A DNA stretch of 64,000 nucleotides from a virus. The translations under genes and the position numbers were made by a program. Location: IMG/VR virus record IMGVR_UViG_3300035158_000293, positions 1 through 64,000 of that record. The stretch is one strand, 5' to 3'. The stretch's first letter is position 1. Each line of letters opens with the position of its first letter. Below, piece after piece: positions 30,601-38,991 of the stretch. Under the pieces are notes generated by a model, which was given only the letters and a program-made list of their open reading frames with translations, was not told the DNA's origin and did not search any database.

Positions 30601-33600
30601 GGCTTCGTCACTTTGGGCAAGGTTAATTTGACGGGATTCTGCCCAACTACATTGAACATAAACTCGGCTCCCGCCTTCGCCGCCTGTGCGCTGTCATACT
30701 CTTTCGACAAAATAACCCAACCGTCTGCGTCACCTTCGGCTTCCATCTTGCTTGTGGTGTAGTAAGCGAATCTGTACTTGTTACCATACTTCAAAACCGC
30801 GCAAGGGAAACCCTTTACGCTGAAGTACTCAACCACCTCACCGCCGGGTTCAAACCCGCTCGTAACTGTTTCGGCAGTCACCTCCGGTACGGGTAGTGGC
30901 TTGCCTGTTACTTTCTGCTCTGCCGCCTGTGATTTGTCCTTCAAATCAGACTGTTTGATCTTCTGCATATCTGCGGGGTTGAGGTCCGCATACGGCCCCT
31001 CTTGCATACCGCTCACTTGCTTTTGAGCAGCTTCCTTTGCAGCCTCTTGCGTAGACTGAGGCAGTAATGTCTTGAGCCATGACCCCGTGGCGTCGGCATA
31101 ATTGACCCAGTACGTTTTCTTGTCCGCTGTCTGCGTAAAGCTCACCGCCACCGGCCAACCATTTACAACGTCCGCCCAAACAAGGATTTCCTCGGAATCT
31201 GAGGGCTTAAACGGGGGTGCGGTCTTGACGCCGACCGGATGTGTCCCGTAGTCCTGATCCACTTTCTCCCATTTGGTATCCCAAGCGACTGTTTTGATCA
31301 TGCCGCCGGACACTTTGATAGGCTGGTCCAGTTTAACGCGGGGTGCAGGGTGTGCGCTGATAATCGTACCCTCCACCGTCACCTTTTTGGCACCCTTCAA
31401 CCAGTCCACTATCATGACTTCGCGTCGAACCTTGTCCCCAATGTCGAAGCCATACTGCTCGAGCATCTCCCAAGCGTTGGCCGCGGTTACTTTCGCCGTT
31501 TTGTGGTAAGCCTTTTTCAAAACAGGCAACGCAGAATTGTATTCAGTAGACGCTGTGAAATCTTTTTTGGAGCCGTAAGCCTTGCTGCGCTCCTTGTACC
31601 ACTCACTTATTTCCTCGGCTGAAGCTGCGTCGGTAAACGGCAAAGGAGGAATCTCAAAACCACCTTGAGGTAGTTTTTGGAAGTGTCTCAACGCTTCTTT
31701 TCGAATGTCCTTGAGTACCGGCAACCAATTCGGGTGATACTCAACCGTCTTCCAAAGCTCCCACTTGGTAGCTTTCTTGTTCGTGGCATAAACACGCAAG
31801 ACCTGATCGGTACCTTTTCCATACACGCGGAATGCGAGCCGATACCCATTTATGACGAAGCTGTCGGGGGCGAGCTTTTTCTCACCTTTTTTCGTGCCTA
31901 GCTGTTTGTATTTTTCGGCTTCGTCCAAAGGCACTTTGATTTGTGACACAATGTCAAAAAAGCCCGCCTCGTCCAACGGCTCCAACCCGTTCTCCACACC
32001 GTAACGCTGTATGTCCGTTATCGGTTTTTGGAAGGTCTTCAAACCGGCCATGAAGGGTTCCAAGTAGTCCGCCGCCGCATCGAGGCCATAATGCAACGCA
32101 ATGTTCCGCGCCTCTGTAATCCGCACAGCGTGTAACCCAAAAGGTGTGCCTTCCACCGGTACACCTCTTGCAATGTCTCCTGCCAGTTTCTTTGGTGAAA
32201 TCGGTGCGTTCCCCCAATTCGCTTTGTCAAGCACACGTTTCACCACAAAACGAGGCACACCGTGCTCGGACGGAAGAGGTCCAACGGCAAGCATTGCCGC
32301 GCCTTTTTGTAGTAACACGACGCCTTTCTCTTTGTCCTTCTCCTCGTAACCCAGTTTTTTGATGTCTGAAACGATGGAGGCGAAGGTCGCCGCCTTGTTT
32401 GCAATCTCATACCCGGCAACACGCTGGTCAATGCCGGGTGCCTGATAAGCCCCACCAAACTCGGTGTCGAGGTACGCCTCCACGTCGTAAGGTAGTCGTG
32501 TTTGCTGTGCCTCCCGCAAAGCCCTGAATATGTCTTTCGGGTATGCGTTTTCGTCGATAGGCCCTCGAAGTAAAACTTGCGCGGATTTGCGGATGTTCGC
32601 AAAGTGCCCCTTCGTGTAATCGGACCTGTCGGAGGCTTTTTTGTAGTGGTCCAAGATGGCGATCAACTCGCGACCACATGCCCGCATACTCTCCGCGGCG
32701 GCTTCTTGCTCTTTCTCGGTTGTGGCTTCTTGATATGCTTTAAGGTGTTTTTTGAGGCGCTTGTCAACCTCGTCGACCTCGTCAAGGGCACGCTCAATAG
32801 AGCTTACCCACGCCTTGTCATCGCGAGGGTCATCCGCATCTCGAGCCTCCCGTAGTGCTTGTGAAAGGCTCACGCCCGTAACCTCGTAACACGCTTCCGA
32901 CCCCGTTATCACTCTGACACCCTTGCCTTGGTGCTTCTTGATGTGCTCGTACAACGCTTCGGCATCACCCCCTTCCAACAAACTACGGTCGAAGTGATAA
33001 AAGAACGCCTCTGCATCTGGACGTGTCCCGAAGAAAGCCTCCATGACACGTTGGCGATCTTCAAAAACAACGGCTGTATCGACAACACGCGCTTGCTGAA
33101 GCGGTTTTATGTATGTTTTGATACAACCCTCGGCCTTTCGAATCAAATTACGCAGAGAGCCGCCTGCGCCGCGCACGGACTCCTCTACGGACGTGGGGCT
33201 GACCAACAGTTTTCGTCTTTCGCGGTCATAATGGAGTTCACCCGCACCACCTGAAAGCGAAATACCCACCACACCCTCCACAAACAGATCGATGTCGGTA
33301 GTCGCGATCTGTTTGTTCGGGGTGCTCGCATGCGTCACGCGCCGGTCAATAGCGTCAAGCGCGTTCCTGATGCTTTGCTGTGTTACGTCCTTGGCGCGAC
33401 CGGTAACAGACCTAGCCACCTCGCCCAAGTTAAATTCCTGCTTGACTTTACCCTTCAGGTTTTTCTCGACGTAAGCCTTGAAAACCGCAAGCGTGTGTGT
33501 CGGGACTTTCTTCGCTTTGGCGGGTCTACGACGTCGCCGTAATTGTGAAAGCAAATCGTAAGGTGCCCACGACCCTGTCGGGAAATCCATGATAATACGG

Positions 33601-35198
33601 GTCTTGCCGTCATGGGAAATCAACGTGATCCGATTACGGGAACCGGTGTGGAGGATGGAAGCCTTTGTGTAAACCACATCACCGATCTCAATCTGTAGAT
33701 TGTCGTACTCGTCCGACTCGGTGAGGTTGGTAACAGGCTGGTCACTCACGCCTTCTTCAAATCCGTAGTCCGGGTTGTCTTCCGGCTCTCCGGGGGACGT
33801 GAAACAATCCACCCCGCCGTTGACTGGGTACACCCCGTGGAAAAGCTCCCATTTTTCTGATAGGCCGGGGCCGGTCGGAAGCTCCAAAGTACGGTTGGTG
33901 GCAACAAGCTCCACCTCGACGACATCCACACCACGGCGCTTGACTTTTGCGGTCGCCGTATTCCGAAGCGTAGTCCCTTCAGTTGGAGACAGGATGATAC
34001 TGGACCGCTCCATCGGCCAGTACGCCTGCACAACGTCGCCGGGTTTGACTGTTTTCAGCCAACCCAAATAACGGGCCTCGTCGAAACCCTCTGTAATCCG
34101 TTCCAGAGTCATGTCTTCGTCCTCACCACTTCCTACCCTTACATCTGTCAAATCGAACCAAGTGGTATTGTAGGACGATTCTGGCAAATGCAAACCGGAC
34201 AAGGCTTCCACGATGTGCGCTCGGTGTGTAACGCCTTGCGCGTTTTGTGGATCACTTTTTGTTTTTTTCTGATCCGTAGTCCCCAAAGTCTCAAAAGTCC
34301 CGTTTCTCTCTGTGCGGCGCACGTTTTTTGACATGACCTGCTCCAAAACACTCTCGTTTGTGGCTTTCAGACTTTCCCAATCGGCTTTCAGTTCTGTCCA
34401 CGCGGTATAAAGGCGTCCATCTACCCCGCGCTTCACCTTGTCCGTCATCAATTCGGTAAATTCCTGCGGCTGGAACACCTCCCAAAAGTCCTTGCGGAAC
34501 GCCCTAAATCCAGCGTTGCCCTGCTCGAACCACTCCTGCGCTTTACCGCGCTCCTTCTCATAACGCTCGTACAAGTCCACCAACGCTTGACGAAAACGGG
34601 CGTGTACCTCGATTGGTGAATTGACATATGCAACGTCGTCAGCGTCGGTGTAGTCACTCGAGGGTTTCTTTCGGGGAGACGCTTTGGCAACAGCGGAAGC
34701 CACCCTGTCGAATTTGTCGCGCCCAAGCTCCGCAGCTTGAACATTGTGTGTAAACTCGTGAGTGAACCACTTCAAGGTTTCACGGTCGCGCAGTAGTTTG
34801 CTGAACCATTCCTTCAACGCCGCTTCTTTTTCGGCCTTGGAATCGGCTTTACGGTGCTTGCGCAGGGCGTCGACCTCCCCCGGTGCTTTGAGCAATATGG
34901 CAGGGGGTCGAGTAGTGTATGACGAGTGCCCTTTGAAAATGTTTTCGTCGAGCAAGAGTAAGTACAGTTTGCCGTCCGGCAAGTGTTCAACCAACTCGGG
35001 GGCCTTCTTTTTGAGCAACCTGCCCACATTGATGACGAAACTGAACATGTTGCCCCAATCGCGAACGACCCGCTTGAACGGGCCGGGGCCGGGTTGTGCA
35101 ACGCTCTCTCCTGCGGTCGGGGCGTGGCGCATTATGGTTTCGTAGACGTCGCGAGCTATGCGCACAGCTTCGACGTCCTGCTTGCGTTCGTTCAGCAT
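24624..35198 (-). CDS. 3524-aa giant modular protein: N-terminal zincin (HEXXH) domain, ~11 x ~100-aa repeats, further modules
   Basis: Uninterrupted 10.6-kb ORF with AAGGA SD; FTHEFTHNVQ...YVNSPIEVHAR; recurring (V/Y)xG(Y/W)P(W/V)V...EGPY units. Confidence 0.9.
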   Translation of the reverse strand: MLNERKQDVEAVRIARDVYETIMRHAPTAGESVAQPGPGPFKRVVRDWGNMFSFVINVGRLLKKKAPELVEHLPDGKLYLLLLDENIFKGHSSYTTRPPAILLKAPGEVDALRKHRKADSKAEKEAALKEWFSKLLRDRETLKWFTHEFTHNVQAAELGRDKFDRVASAVAKASPRKKPSSDYTDADDVAYVNSPIEVHARFRQALVDLYERYEKERGKAQEWFEQGNAGFRAFRKDFWEVFQPQEFTELMTDKVKRGVDGRLYTAWTELKADWESLKATNESVLEQVMSKNVRRTERNGTFETLGTTDQKKTKSDPQNAQGVTHRAHIVEALSGLHLPESSYNTTWFDLTDVRVGSGEDEDMTLERITEGFDEARYLGWLKTVKPGDVVQAYWPMERSSIILSPTEGTTLRNTATAKVKRRGVDVVEVELVATNRTLELPTGPGLSEKWELFHGVYPVNGGVDCFTSPGEPEDNPDYGFEEGVSDQPVTNLTESDEYDNLQIEIGDVVYTKASILHTGSRNRITLISHDGKTRIIMDFPTGSWAPYDLLSQLRRRRRPAKAKKVPTHTLAVFKAYVEKNLKGKVKQEFNLGEVARSVTGRAKDVTQQSIRNALDAIDRRVTHASTPNKQIATTDIDLFVEGVVGISLSGGAGELHYDRERRKLLVSPTSVEESVRGAGGSLRNLIRKAEGCIKTYIKPLQQARVVDTAVVFEDRQRVMEAFFGTRPDAEAFFYHFDRSLLEGGDAEALYEHIKKHQGKGVRVITGSEACYEVTGVSLSQALREARDADDPRDDKAWVSSIERALDEVDEVDKRLKKHLKAYQEATTEKEQEAAAESMRACGRELIAILDHYKKASDRSDYTKGHFANIRKSAQVLLRGPIDENAYPKDIFRALREAQQTRLPYDVEAYLDTEFGGAYQAPGIDQRVAGYEIANKAATFASIVSDIKKLGYEEKDKEKGVVLLQKGAAMLAVGPLPSEHGVPRFVVKRVLDKANWGNAPISPKKLAGDIARGVPVEGTPFGLHAVRITEARNIALHYGLDAAADYLEPFMAGLKTFQKPITDIQRYGVENGLEPLDEAGFFDIVSQIKVPLDEAEKYKQLGTKKGEKKLAPDSFVINGYRLAFRVYGKGTDQVLRVYATNKKATKWELWKTVEYHPNWLPVLKDIRKEALRHFQKLPQGGFEIPPLPFTDAASAEEISEWYKERSKAYGSKKDFTASTEYNSALPVLKKAYHKTAKVTAANAWEMLEQYGFDIGDKVRREVMIVDWLKGAKKVTVEGTIISAHPAPRVKLDQPIKVSGGMIKTVAWDTKWEKVDQDYGTHPVGVKTAPPFKPSDSEEILVWADVVNGWPVAVSFTQTADKKTYWVNYADATGSWLKTLLPQSTQEAAKEAAQKQVSGMQEGPYADLNPADMQKIKQSDLKDKSQAAEQKVTGKPLPVPEVTAETVTSGFEPGGEVVEYFSVKGFPCAVLKYGNKYRFAYYTTSKMEAEGDADGWVILSKEYDSAQAAKAGAEFMFNVVGQNPVKLTLPKVTKPKAADTSDSEEPEYPTLKGTVGTVVKQGVYKGYPWVIAEMGGAYWGWHYNHGSAEWIEHEKPSKTPFELYGVMSAKIDATYAQEGPYTDTPEPEFEKPEEDDKLEFPSTRGLDGELVCYGVVSGYPWVVLYVSGKGFTAHTYMPLSHKGVTSTESAKWHPVFGEGDFVNSYGAATYRAKVAIADVVEDQDKDGPFKNMKYTLADTYEHGASGEEGHLKLPVSLEELDVDPDLIDLAGVYRGYPWVVSVDAFEAPHVWVYTDADGWTDLGEFDTIIDAKVGALTVIDQNLVAEQGEGPYSLDALPSKPEGTDKPVLPNEGDITYSSTGETVPQKTAPEYPLEPGEELWYAGVVGGTPVVVVGREDDKGDWWAVTKFLTQKGTWAFLEKRLVVAGSIQMTVTSLVANDLVGLMSAFKDEAAQDYTQTSQKAMFTYSAPNPLYETLPGEVVFADVMNGYGVAVLKTKDKYVAAVTDKRGDTWSVVSAASSHNPEDVVPMVQFELAGEVGFVHDIVGGTFNHLSLHAPISATTTEPLPADSGELFFSAIVNGHGVAVTAVGSKFLVWLASKWSVVDDARSLNKAIEKGIAHASNLDPGNSTELHKGLKGKQHTAHSGYVAPDTVFTETSISRDDYNIVKTDVVNGWGIVYVMNDAGVSRAYALNGSTVNVNFEDKVFGEFLTLAAAQQAVEVWVEQQPVGTVITMDKPTLDVASINTATAFENPKAKYIITAKKIAGAAVPQSEDLGKLFILYAYDPVDGVWAPYGMHDTAEKALMSDDLWQISPEDFGANAPTIEQIVTVSGQVVVSDVTATQKKTEPETEPETEPETEPEDTLANLPDDLLPLSGPVWLELKSVGGTHVASGVHRGYPWVITRVNPAAVGAGDANLDAIYMGSVYKKGTHNIGIPHWVLVSGYADHLASKDEAWGMVKADINITAKEYGEGPYSEEKAAGVRLSSTDAKNTAYFRDEAIAEQIRQLVQDDEEWEMDVIDGYPFEETDLYAVFSAFGQPLSLGGFIKDTDGNVFELVGVIESSDPDDPVIFYTHNGSLRYAYDSDFVSLMDEGKIEMPELPESADFDIATILEALGHEPGNVQSAHDVQSLVEFHPSEHNPVEKRKLLKALTKKWTPKDRSAFKNKTAKQDIYKWLLGDLRSGRIPQDMGRYFEFVKHKPDQLDKLVFIGKDDTYDYSKFPRPRPVHLKKTDFFTALKKDGHTLKYGSVVYDDSGNGVEVIGALKDEDGDPVFFVRMGSATINVIYDDQFVDMYEEGVITFGEPSKKSKKLRTKPDPKVYEAAIRFSPLSFANSLSKAIDQAAPGNVKPRWIAVATRIASYITPQVDQGVWSLVWGDEEGATEPTKEFTEWYDIEAPDMENPEDMFWIPGDPDPMEQKLVPMFKKEIKEMGLRNMLKAYGERLTAPVGNEFFDWELEDYYKRLGEVLLGAYQMIPVGESILECVAVGDLHMAVKVDKAPGGMRKFTGFTEYGVQPNRDRTEPTPETDTFGNKSAGYPHDVDSVNRYLQDKGVRDVVVTGVPSKYRWDGPGTVLWQDTNINTGILPLQSLPFEWWWNAYKYSAQVNAKLLYHVPEAVVGRPHAEGIELCENTALSTSKPGVDGFLIFDKGSLEQVLPHTATGVVVPEKSLAGVACFVLPEHSAELTDWESVTDATQEGCFYGRLKSKSRLPSRSNRSRRNAKVRPRSRNSKRKKGSKDRRGLLGESIDAASKTLPEKLAHLTEQEAMFVLMNGYGMDYLTASQLLTKPLEESSTPTTAVGELSENAVRALAEASKIQSLLFAKDKWTVKKAKKWAKDHGYKYGDVDKGSDDADYIHLRQADPEDFPRIRTITFSAKEGIKALAGFEGPPPKDVAEKITSREYTQSVYGADHPGWSGIDEPGFGLVPDVGKMWRSLKVHMVNVMKKLRLTKREREKLRKVYKDGQLKREIAKYDRLRRKVRKGKASPEEIERARGDFKNFFYDYGFDGWTGTRLVKAFTPFLVPDDA
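28119..28166. repeat. 12-bp tandem repeat x4 (TTCGGGTTCTGT), encodes (TEPE)n linker
   Basis: Four exact copies, in frame. Confidence 0.95.
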
Positions 35199-35263
35199 TT
35201 TGCGGTCCTTTAGCGGCGCTCTGTTTTATGCGGCGCGACAGCGAACAGTATTGCCGCCGTCAT

Positions 35264-35272
35264 ATTGTACCA
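35264..35272 (-). promoter_or_regulatory. Extended -10 promoter candidate for the 3524-aa gene
   Basis: TG-G-TACAAT about 65 nt upstream of the ATG; no good -35. Confidence 0.45.
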
Positions 35273-35345
35273 TCAGAACACAGTCTATGAACCACAAAAG
35301 TCGCTTTTTTCGTCGCGGTAGTCTTTTTGACGCTGTGTCAATGTT

Positions 35346-35430
35346 GCTTATGTGTGGAGTTCACCCCGCTTATGTGTGGAGTTCACCCCGCTTATGTGTG
35401 GAGTTCACCCCTCTTATGTGTGGAGTTCAC
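35346..35430. repeat. 22-bp direct tandem repeat x ~4 (GCTTATGTGTGGAGTTCACCCC)
   Basis: Copies at 35346, 35368, 35390 (exact) and 35412 (partial, one change); no spacers. Confidence 0.95.
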
Positions 35431-35750
35431 TCAGGCTTAGCTTTGAAGTGTACACAGTAAGACCCTTTGTTTGGACCCTCTGCCCAATCACTTGCAGACC
35501 CTTCGCGAACGCTTGGACAAGCGGGTTTGCGTAGTGGTTCTGTTTTCCCCGTTACCTTGTTTACGCGCTCCGTTGGAAAACGTGGATGCCCACAGCGTTG
35601 TTCAGAAGCCGTGTTAGGGTATAAGGTCGAAGGCTCATAATACCTGCACTCTGAGCACGGGCGGTGCATCCTCCGGGTTATACCGCGTAACCAAAGAAAC
35701 ACACAGCAACAAACAGCTAAACTAAGAAGCACAATTGCCGTGGTGATCAT
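35427..35750 (-). CDS. Membrane-anchored Cys-rich hypothetical protein
   Basis: Start moved to MITTAIV (GGAG SD); N-terminal TM, CSECRYY. The stop codon lies in the last 22-bp repeat. Confidence 0.65.
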   Translation of the reverse strand: MITTAIVLLSLAVCCCVFLWLRGITRRMHRPCSECRYYEPSTLYPNTASEQRCGHPRFPTERVNKVTGKTEPLRKPACPSVREGSASDWAEGPNKGSYCVHFKAKPE

Positions 35751-35937
35751 CGCACTCCTCCATCCACTCTTTAACTGCGGCATAGAATTTCGCGCCGGGG
35801 GGTCGCTCCCACGGCATAAGGTCGGACTTGCGCAAACGTAGTGGTGGACCTGTTCGAGGTAACGCGAAGATGTAACCCTTGTACTGCACGACGCGAGGAC
35901 CACATAAAAACCCGTTTTTGATGCGTATGCAAGGCAT
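35722..35937 (-). CDS. Hypothetical protein
   Basis: Start moved to MPCIRIK. Confidence 0.5.
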   Translation of the reverse strand: MPCIRIKNGFLCGPRVVQYKGYIFALPRTGPPLRLRKSDLMPWERPPGAKFYAAVKEWMEECDDHHGNCAS

Positions 35938-35965
35938 TGGAAACCCCTGTCTTAAAACGTCTGAA

Positions 35966-36286
35966 TCAACCCACAGCCTCATACTCTTCAATGACAGCGG
36001 GAACCCAAACAGTCGCGTGAGACACGCTGAATCCATCGGGGTAGTGCCAGACGTAATCCACGGGTTCACCCGTTATGCGAAAGGTGATGGTACAAATGAG
36101 GCCCATACGCACAGTAACCTTGGAGCCGACATGCGGGACTACGCCACCGGGGAGGGTTATCTGTGGGTGAATGTCCAGCCGCTCATCGTCACAGTCGAGC
36201 ATCACCGCAATTTCAGTAAACTCAATGCGCATAGGGGAGGGAACAGCCTTTCGCCTTAGCTCTCTTATTAGCTTTTCTTCGTTCAT
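35966..36286 (-). CDS. Hypothetical protein (paralog of 36857..37129)
   Basis: Shared PxxGSxVxV...V(W/Y)VPAV pattern. Confidence 0.6.
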   Translation of the reverse strand: MNEEKLIRELRRKAVPSPMRIEFTEIAVMLDCDDERLDIHPQITLPGGVVPHVGSKVTVRMGLICTITFRITGEPVDYVWHYPDGFSVSHATVWVPAVIEEYEAVG

Positions 36287-36287
36287 G

Positions 36288-36881
36288 TTATTCCTCTGTT
36301 TTTACGTGTCCAATTTGTTCATCAACCCAAGCCAGAATCCTCTTGGTAGCTGCAAGGGTTTCAGCGTGGTCGTAATCGTCGTCAAGAGGGTCTTTCGTTG
36401 CCAGCCTAAAATCCTTGGAGCTACATTTAGAGTAAGCACAACACCGCAAACAAAAAACACCTCGCGGGTGAGTCTTCTCTAAGAATTTACACAAAGCACA
36501 AGGCCCGTGCCAATCAGGGCTCCATTGGTCCACACCCTTTCCTTGAGCCTCTAGAATTCCAGCCCACTTCTCTCGGACCTTCTCCCACACCTCAAGCGGC
36601 ACGTCCTTAACCCCAACCATCCTTTCCTCGGACATGTTTGACTCCTTAACTGCCCTAACAGATTCACGAAGCAGCCTGTCGGCTTCTTCCTTCGCCTCCT
36701 TGTTATCGGGGTGGAGTAAACACCTTGCGCAAAGCCCCTCGTAAGGGCCATACATACGGTTAGCGCATGTACGGCACCAGCCCAATCCCGTGAACATAGA
36801 AGCGGGAGTGCCATCCAAGCGATAATCCTTGACGTAGTTGTTCTTGTGGCTTGGCTCTAAGGTGCCTCTGTCTCTTGACAT
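36288..36881 (-). CDS. Cys-rich hypothetical protein
   Basis: AAGGAG SD; the start codon sits inside the palindrome (TGACACA-ATG-TCA). Confidence 0.7.
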   Translation of the reverse strand: MSRDRGTLEPSHKNNYVKDYRLDGTPASMFTGLGWCRTCANRMYGPYEGLCARCLLHPDNKEAKEEADRLLRESVRAVKESNMSEERMVGVKDVPLEVWEKVREKWAGILEAQGKGVDQWSPDWHGPCALCKFLEKTHPRGVFCLRCCAYSKCSSKDFRLATKDPLDDDYDHAETLAATKRILAWVDEQIGHVKTEE

Positions 36882-37129
36882 TGTGTCACTCCTTTAGCTC
36901 GCTGATCCACGACAACAGCGGGAACGTAAACCACACAACATGCGTCGCCATTACCAAAGCGGTGGTACTCGTAACGCGGTGGACTATCGAGAATTTTGAG
37001 TTTTGTTGCAGGTCCATCCGGGTGGCGCATCACCGAAACCTCTGATCCAGCAACAGGGATTACGTCAACAGGCAGAGCAACACTACCCTCCTCGCACGCC
37101 AATATAACAGTAACACCCTGACGTACCAT
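36857..37129 (-). CDS. Hypothetical protein (paralog of 35966..36286)
   Basis: GGAGG SD; shared motif. Confidence 0.6.
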   Translation of the reverse strand: MVRQGVTVILACEEGSVALPVDVIPVAGSEVSVMRHPDGPATKLKILDSPPRYEYHRFGNGDACCVVYVPAVVVDQRAKGVTQCQETEAP

Positions 37130-37564
37130 TTAGCCCTCCACGCCGAAGGGTACATCGTATATCTGCCCCTGCTCTGGACGCCACGCGATAATGCGATAGC
37201 TCGCGTTTTCACGGTCACAAGCATAATACGCCGTACCTACCTTGTTCCACAGCACCCCTGCTACGTTGCGTCGCACAGAGAGTGTTTGCCCGCCTGCGGT
37301 CAGTATCTCGAGCGCCTTCTGGCTCTCTGGCGGTTCGCCTGTACGCCAACGGCTTTGCCATTCACACGCGGCCTCGCCTCCTATTTTATACAAGCCTGTA
37401 CCGTCGAGACACAGGTGCTTTTTGTCCGCCTTGGAACAGCGCACGTAGTAAAGCGGAACATCGGCTTCGATAACCGCCGCAACCAGAGCTTTCGCTCCAC
37501 AGGAACACGGCGCAAGGTTCTCCGCAATAAAACCGTGTGTGCCCTCTCTATGACGCTGATCCAT
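37130..37564 (-). CDS. Lar-like zinc-finger protein
   Basis: Start moved to MDQRH; LAPCSCGAKA...YYVRCS...EAACEW. Confidence 0.5.
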   Translation of the reverse strand: MDQRHREGTHGFIAENLAPCSCGAKALVAAVIEADVPLYYVRCSKADKKHLCLDGTGLYKIGGEAACEWQSRWRTGEPPESQKALEILTAGGQTLSVRRNVAGVLWNKVGTAYYACDRENASYRIIAWRPEQGQIYDVPFGVEG

Positions 37565-37577
37565 AGCCGCTTCTTTC

Positions 37578-37946
37578 TCAGAAGTGCGTCTCGTAGTTTT
37601 CTTCGGGATCATAAGCCCACTCCCATTCCTCTGCACGAATCCAGAAAATGTAAAGGGTATCCACGGCGGACAATGCCATAGCCCCAGTCGATTCACGGAC
37701 ATCCACCAAACGAAAGAGCAAAGCGGCTGTCCCTTCTTCTTTTTTGCTCTTCTCGCGCCAATAATAGCGACGCCCACCGTGTACGGGCGGGATGCCATCA
37801 TACCACAAACCGGGGATACCGCTGTTCAATGCTTGCCGATACGTAGCGACTTTGTCGGCCACCAATTTGCACAGCTTTTGTATTTCTCTCACCGGATCGG
37901 AATACTCCACACCACACCCCCTGAAACGGCTGCCAACACCGCTCAC
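37578..37946 (-). CDS. Hypothetical protein
   Basis: GTGA overlap with the upstream gene. Confidence 0.55.
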   Translation of the reverse strand: MSGVGSRFRGCGVEYSDPVREIQKLCKLVADKVATYRQALNSGIPGLWYDGIPPVHGGRRYYWREKSKKEEGTAALLFRLVDVRESTGAMALSAVDTLYIFWIRAEEWEWAYDPEENYETHF

Positions 37947-38458
37947 TCACACATATATTCTTCTGTTCTATACCGGTCAAGCAAAAAACACTCAATTAAA
38001 AAAACAAACAGCAAGACGCCCCCAATCGCGAACCCACGTAGCACACCACGAGGCAAGGCGAAGAAGAGCATCAAACTCGCCCCAAGTAACGCGCCGTACA
38101 CCACAAGGGTCAAAAACCAATTGCGGTCGGGTGGTGCATGTGTAAACGGGTCCGGCTTGGATCGGGCAATGTACGCCTCCGCGCTGTCGGGCATGTATTG
38201 TCCGTTGTAGTAAGCCACGCCGTGTTCACACGTCCGGCATCTTTCACGCTCTCCGCACGCCCCTGTAACGTAACGCGACCCGCCGCATACCGGACACCAA
38301 TTGTTGGTGATGTACCACGGCAGATGCTCGCGAGCCCAACTCCATGTAATACGTGGTTTTCGTGACACGGACACGATGTAACCCTCCTGTGTTGTGATAC
38401 CCTCGAGGTCCAAAGCTGTATCTCCTAAATAGGCGGCAAATCCTTCTCGTCCGCCCAA
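37943..38458 (-). CDS. Zn-finger membrane protein
   Basis: CPVCGGS...CRTCEHG and two C-terminal TM segments. Confidence 0.6.
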   Translation of the reverse strand: MGGREGFAAYLGDTALDLEGITTQEGYIVSVSRKPRITWSWAREHLPWYITNNWCPVCGGSRYVTGACGERERCRTCEHGVAYYNGQYMPDSAEAYIARSKPDPFTHAPPDRNWFLTLVVYGALLGASLMLFFALPRGVLRGFAIGGVLLFVFLIECFLLDRYRTEEYMCE

Positions 38459-38991
38459 TCCACTACCTTGTCCCGCTTGACTTCAATGGTTGGTGGGAGC
38501 GTGTACCAAGTGCCGTCATCGCGCCGGTGTAATTTGGCCGGTTGACATTGTGTCAAGTTAGAGCACGCATCAACACACGGAAGCCAGTCGGAGGGATTGC
38601 CGGTTTTGAATGAGCAACCACACGCCTCACCGTCGTTCCAATAAAGCCCGTCGTAGCCGTTGTCCTGAAGCCACCGCCTGACAAGGTCCGGCAGGATGTC
38701 GTCCATATCGCGGATGTGCCTGCATTCCTTGACATCCACACAATCCCGACCAAGCACTATGCCAAGCCCGCCGGGGCCGGAGTTCAAGCCCCGTATGGAT
38801 GCCATATCGGTCACAAGCACAGCCTCGCATTGCGGACACTCACAAACATGCGTCTTGTACTGAGCGTCACCGTGTTTGCACTCGTCGTAGTCCTTCCTCT
38901 GCATCACGTATCGCAAGTGTTTCCAAACAACCTCACCGTGATACCGACAAGCGGGACAAGATACAAGCTCCAACGTCACTTTTTCACTCAT
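38425..38991 (-). CDS. Cys-rich protein; C-terminal domain paralogous to 42983..43270
   Basis: LVRRWLQDNGYDGL...CGC matches IVKKYLRENGFDGL...CAC. Confidence 0.65.
   Translation of the reverse strand: MSEKVTLELVSCPACRYHGEVVWKHLRYVMQRKDYDECKHGDAQYKTHVCECPQCEAVLVTDMASIRGLNSGPGGLGIVLGRDCVDVKECRHIRDMDDILPDLVRRWLQDNGYDGLYWNDGEACGCSFKTGNPSDWLPCVDACSNLTQCQPAKLHRRDDGTWYTLPPTIEVKRDKVVDWADEKDLPPI

Noticed and set aside
35346-35430. Possible CRISPR array
   Set aside because: The repeats are directly adjacent with no spacers, and no cas genes are seen.
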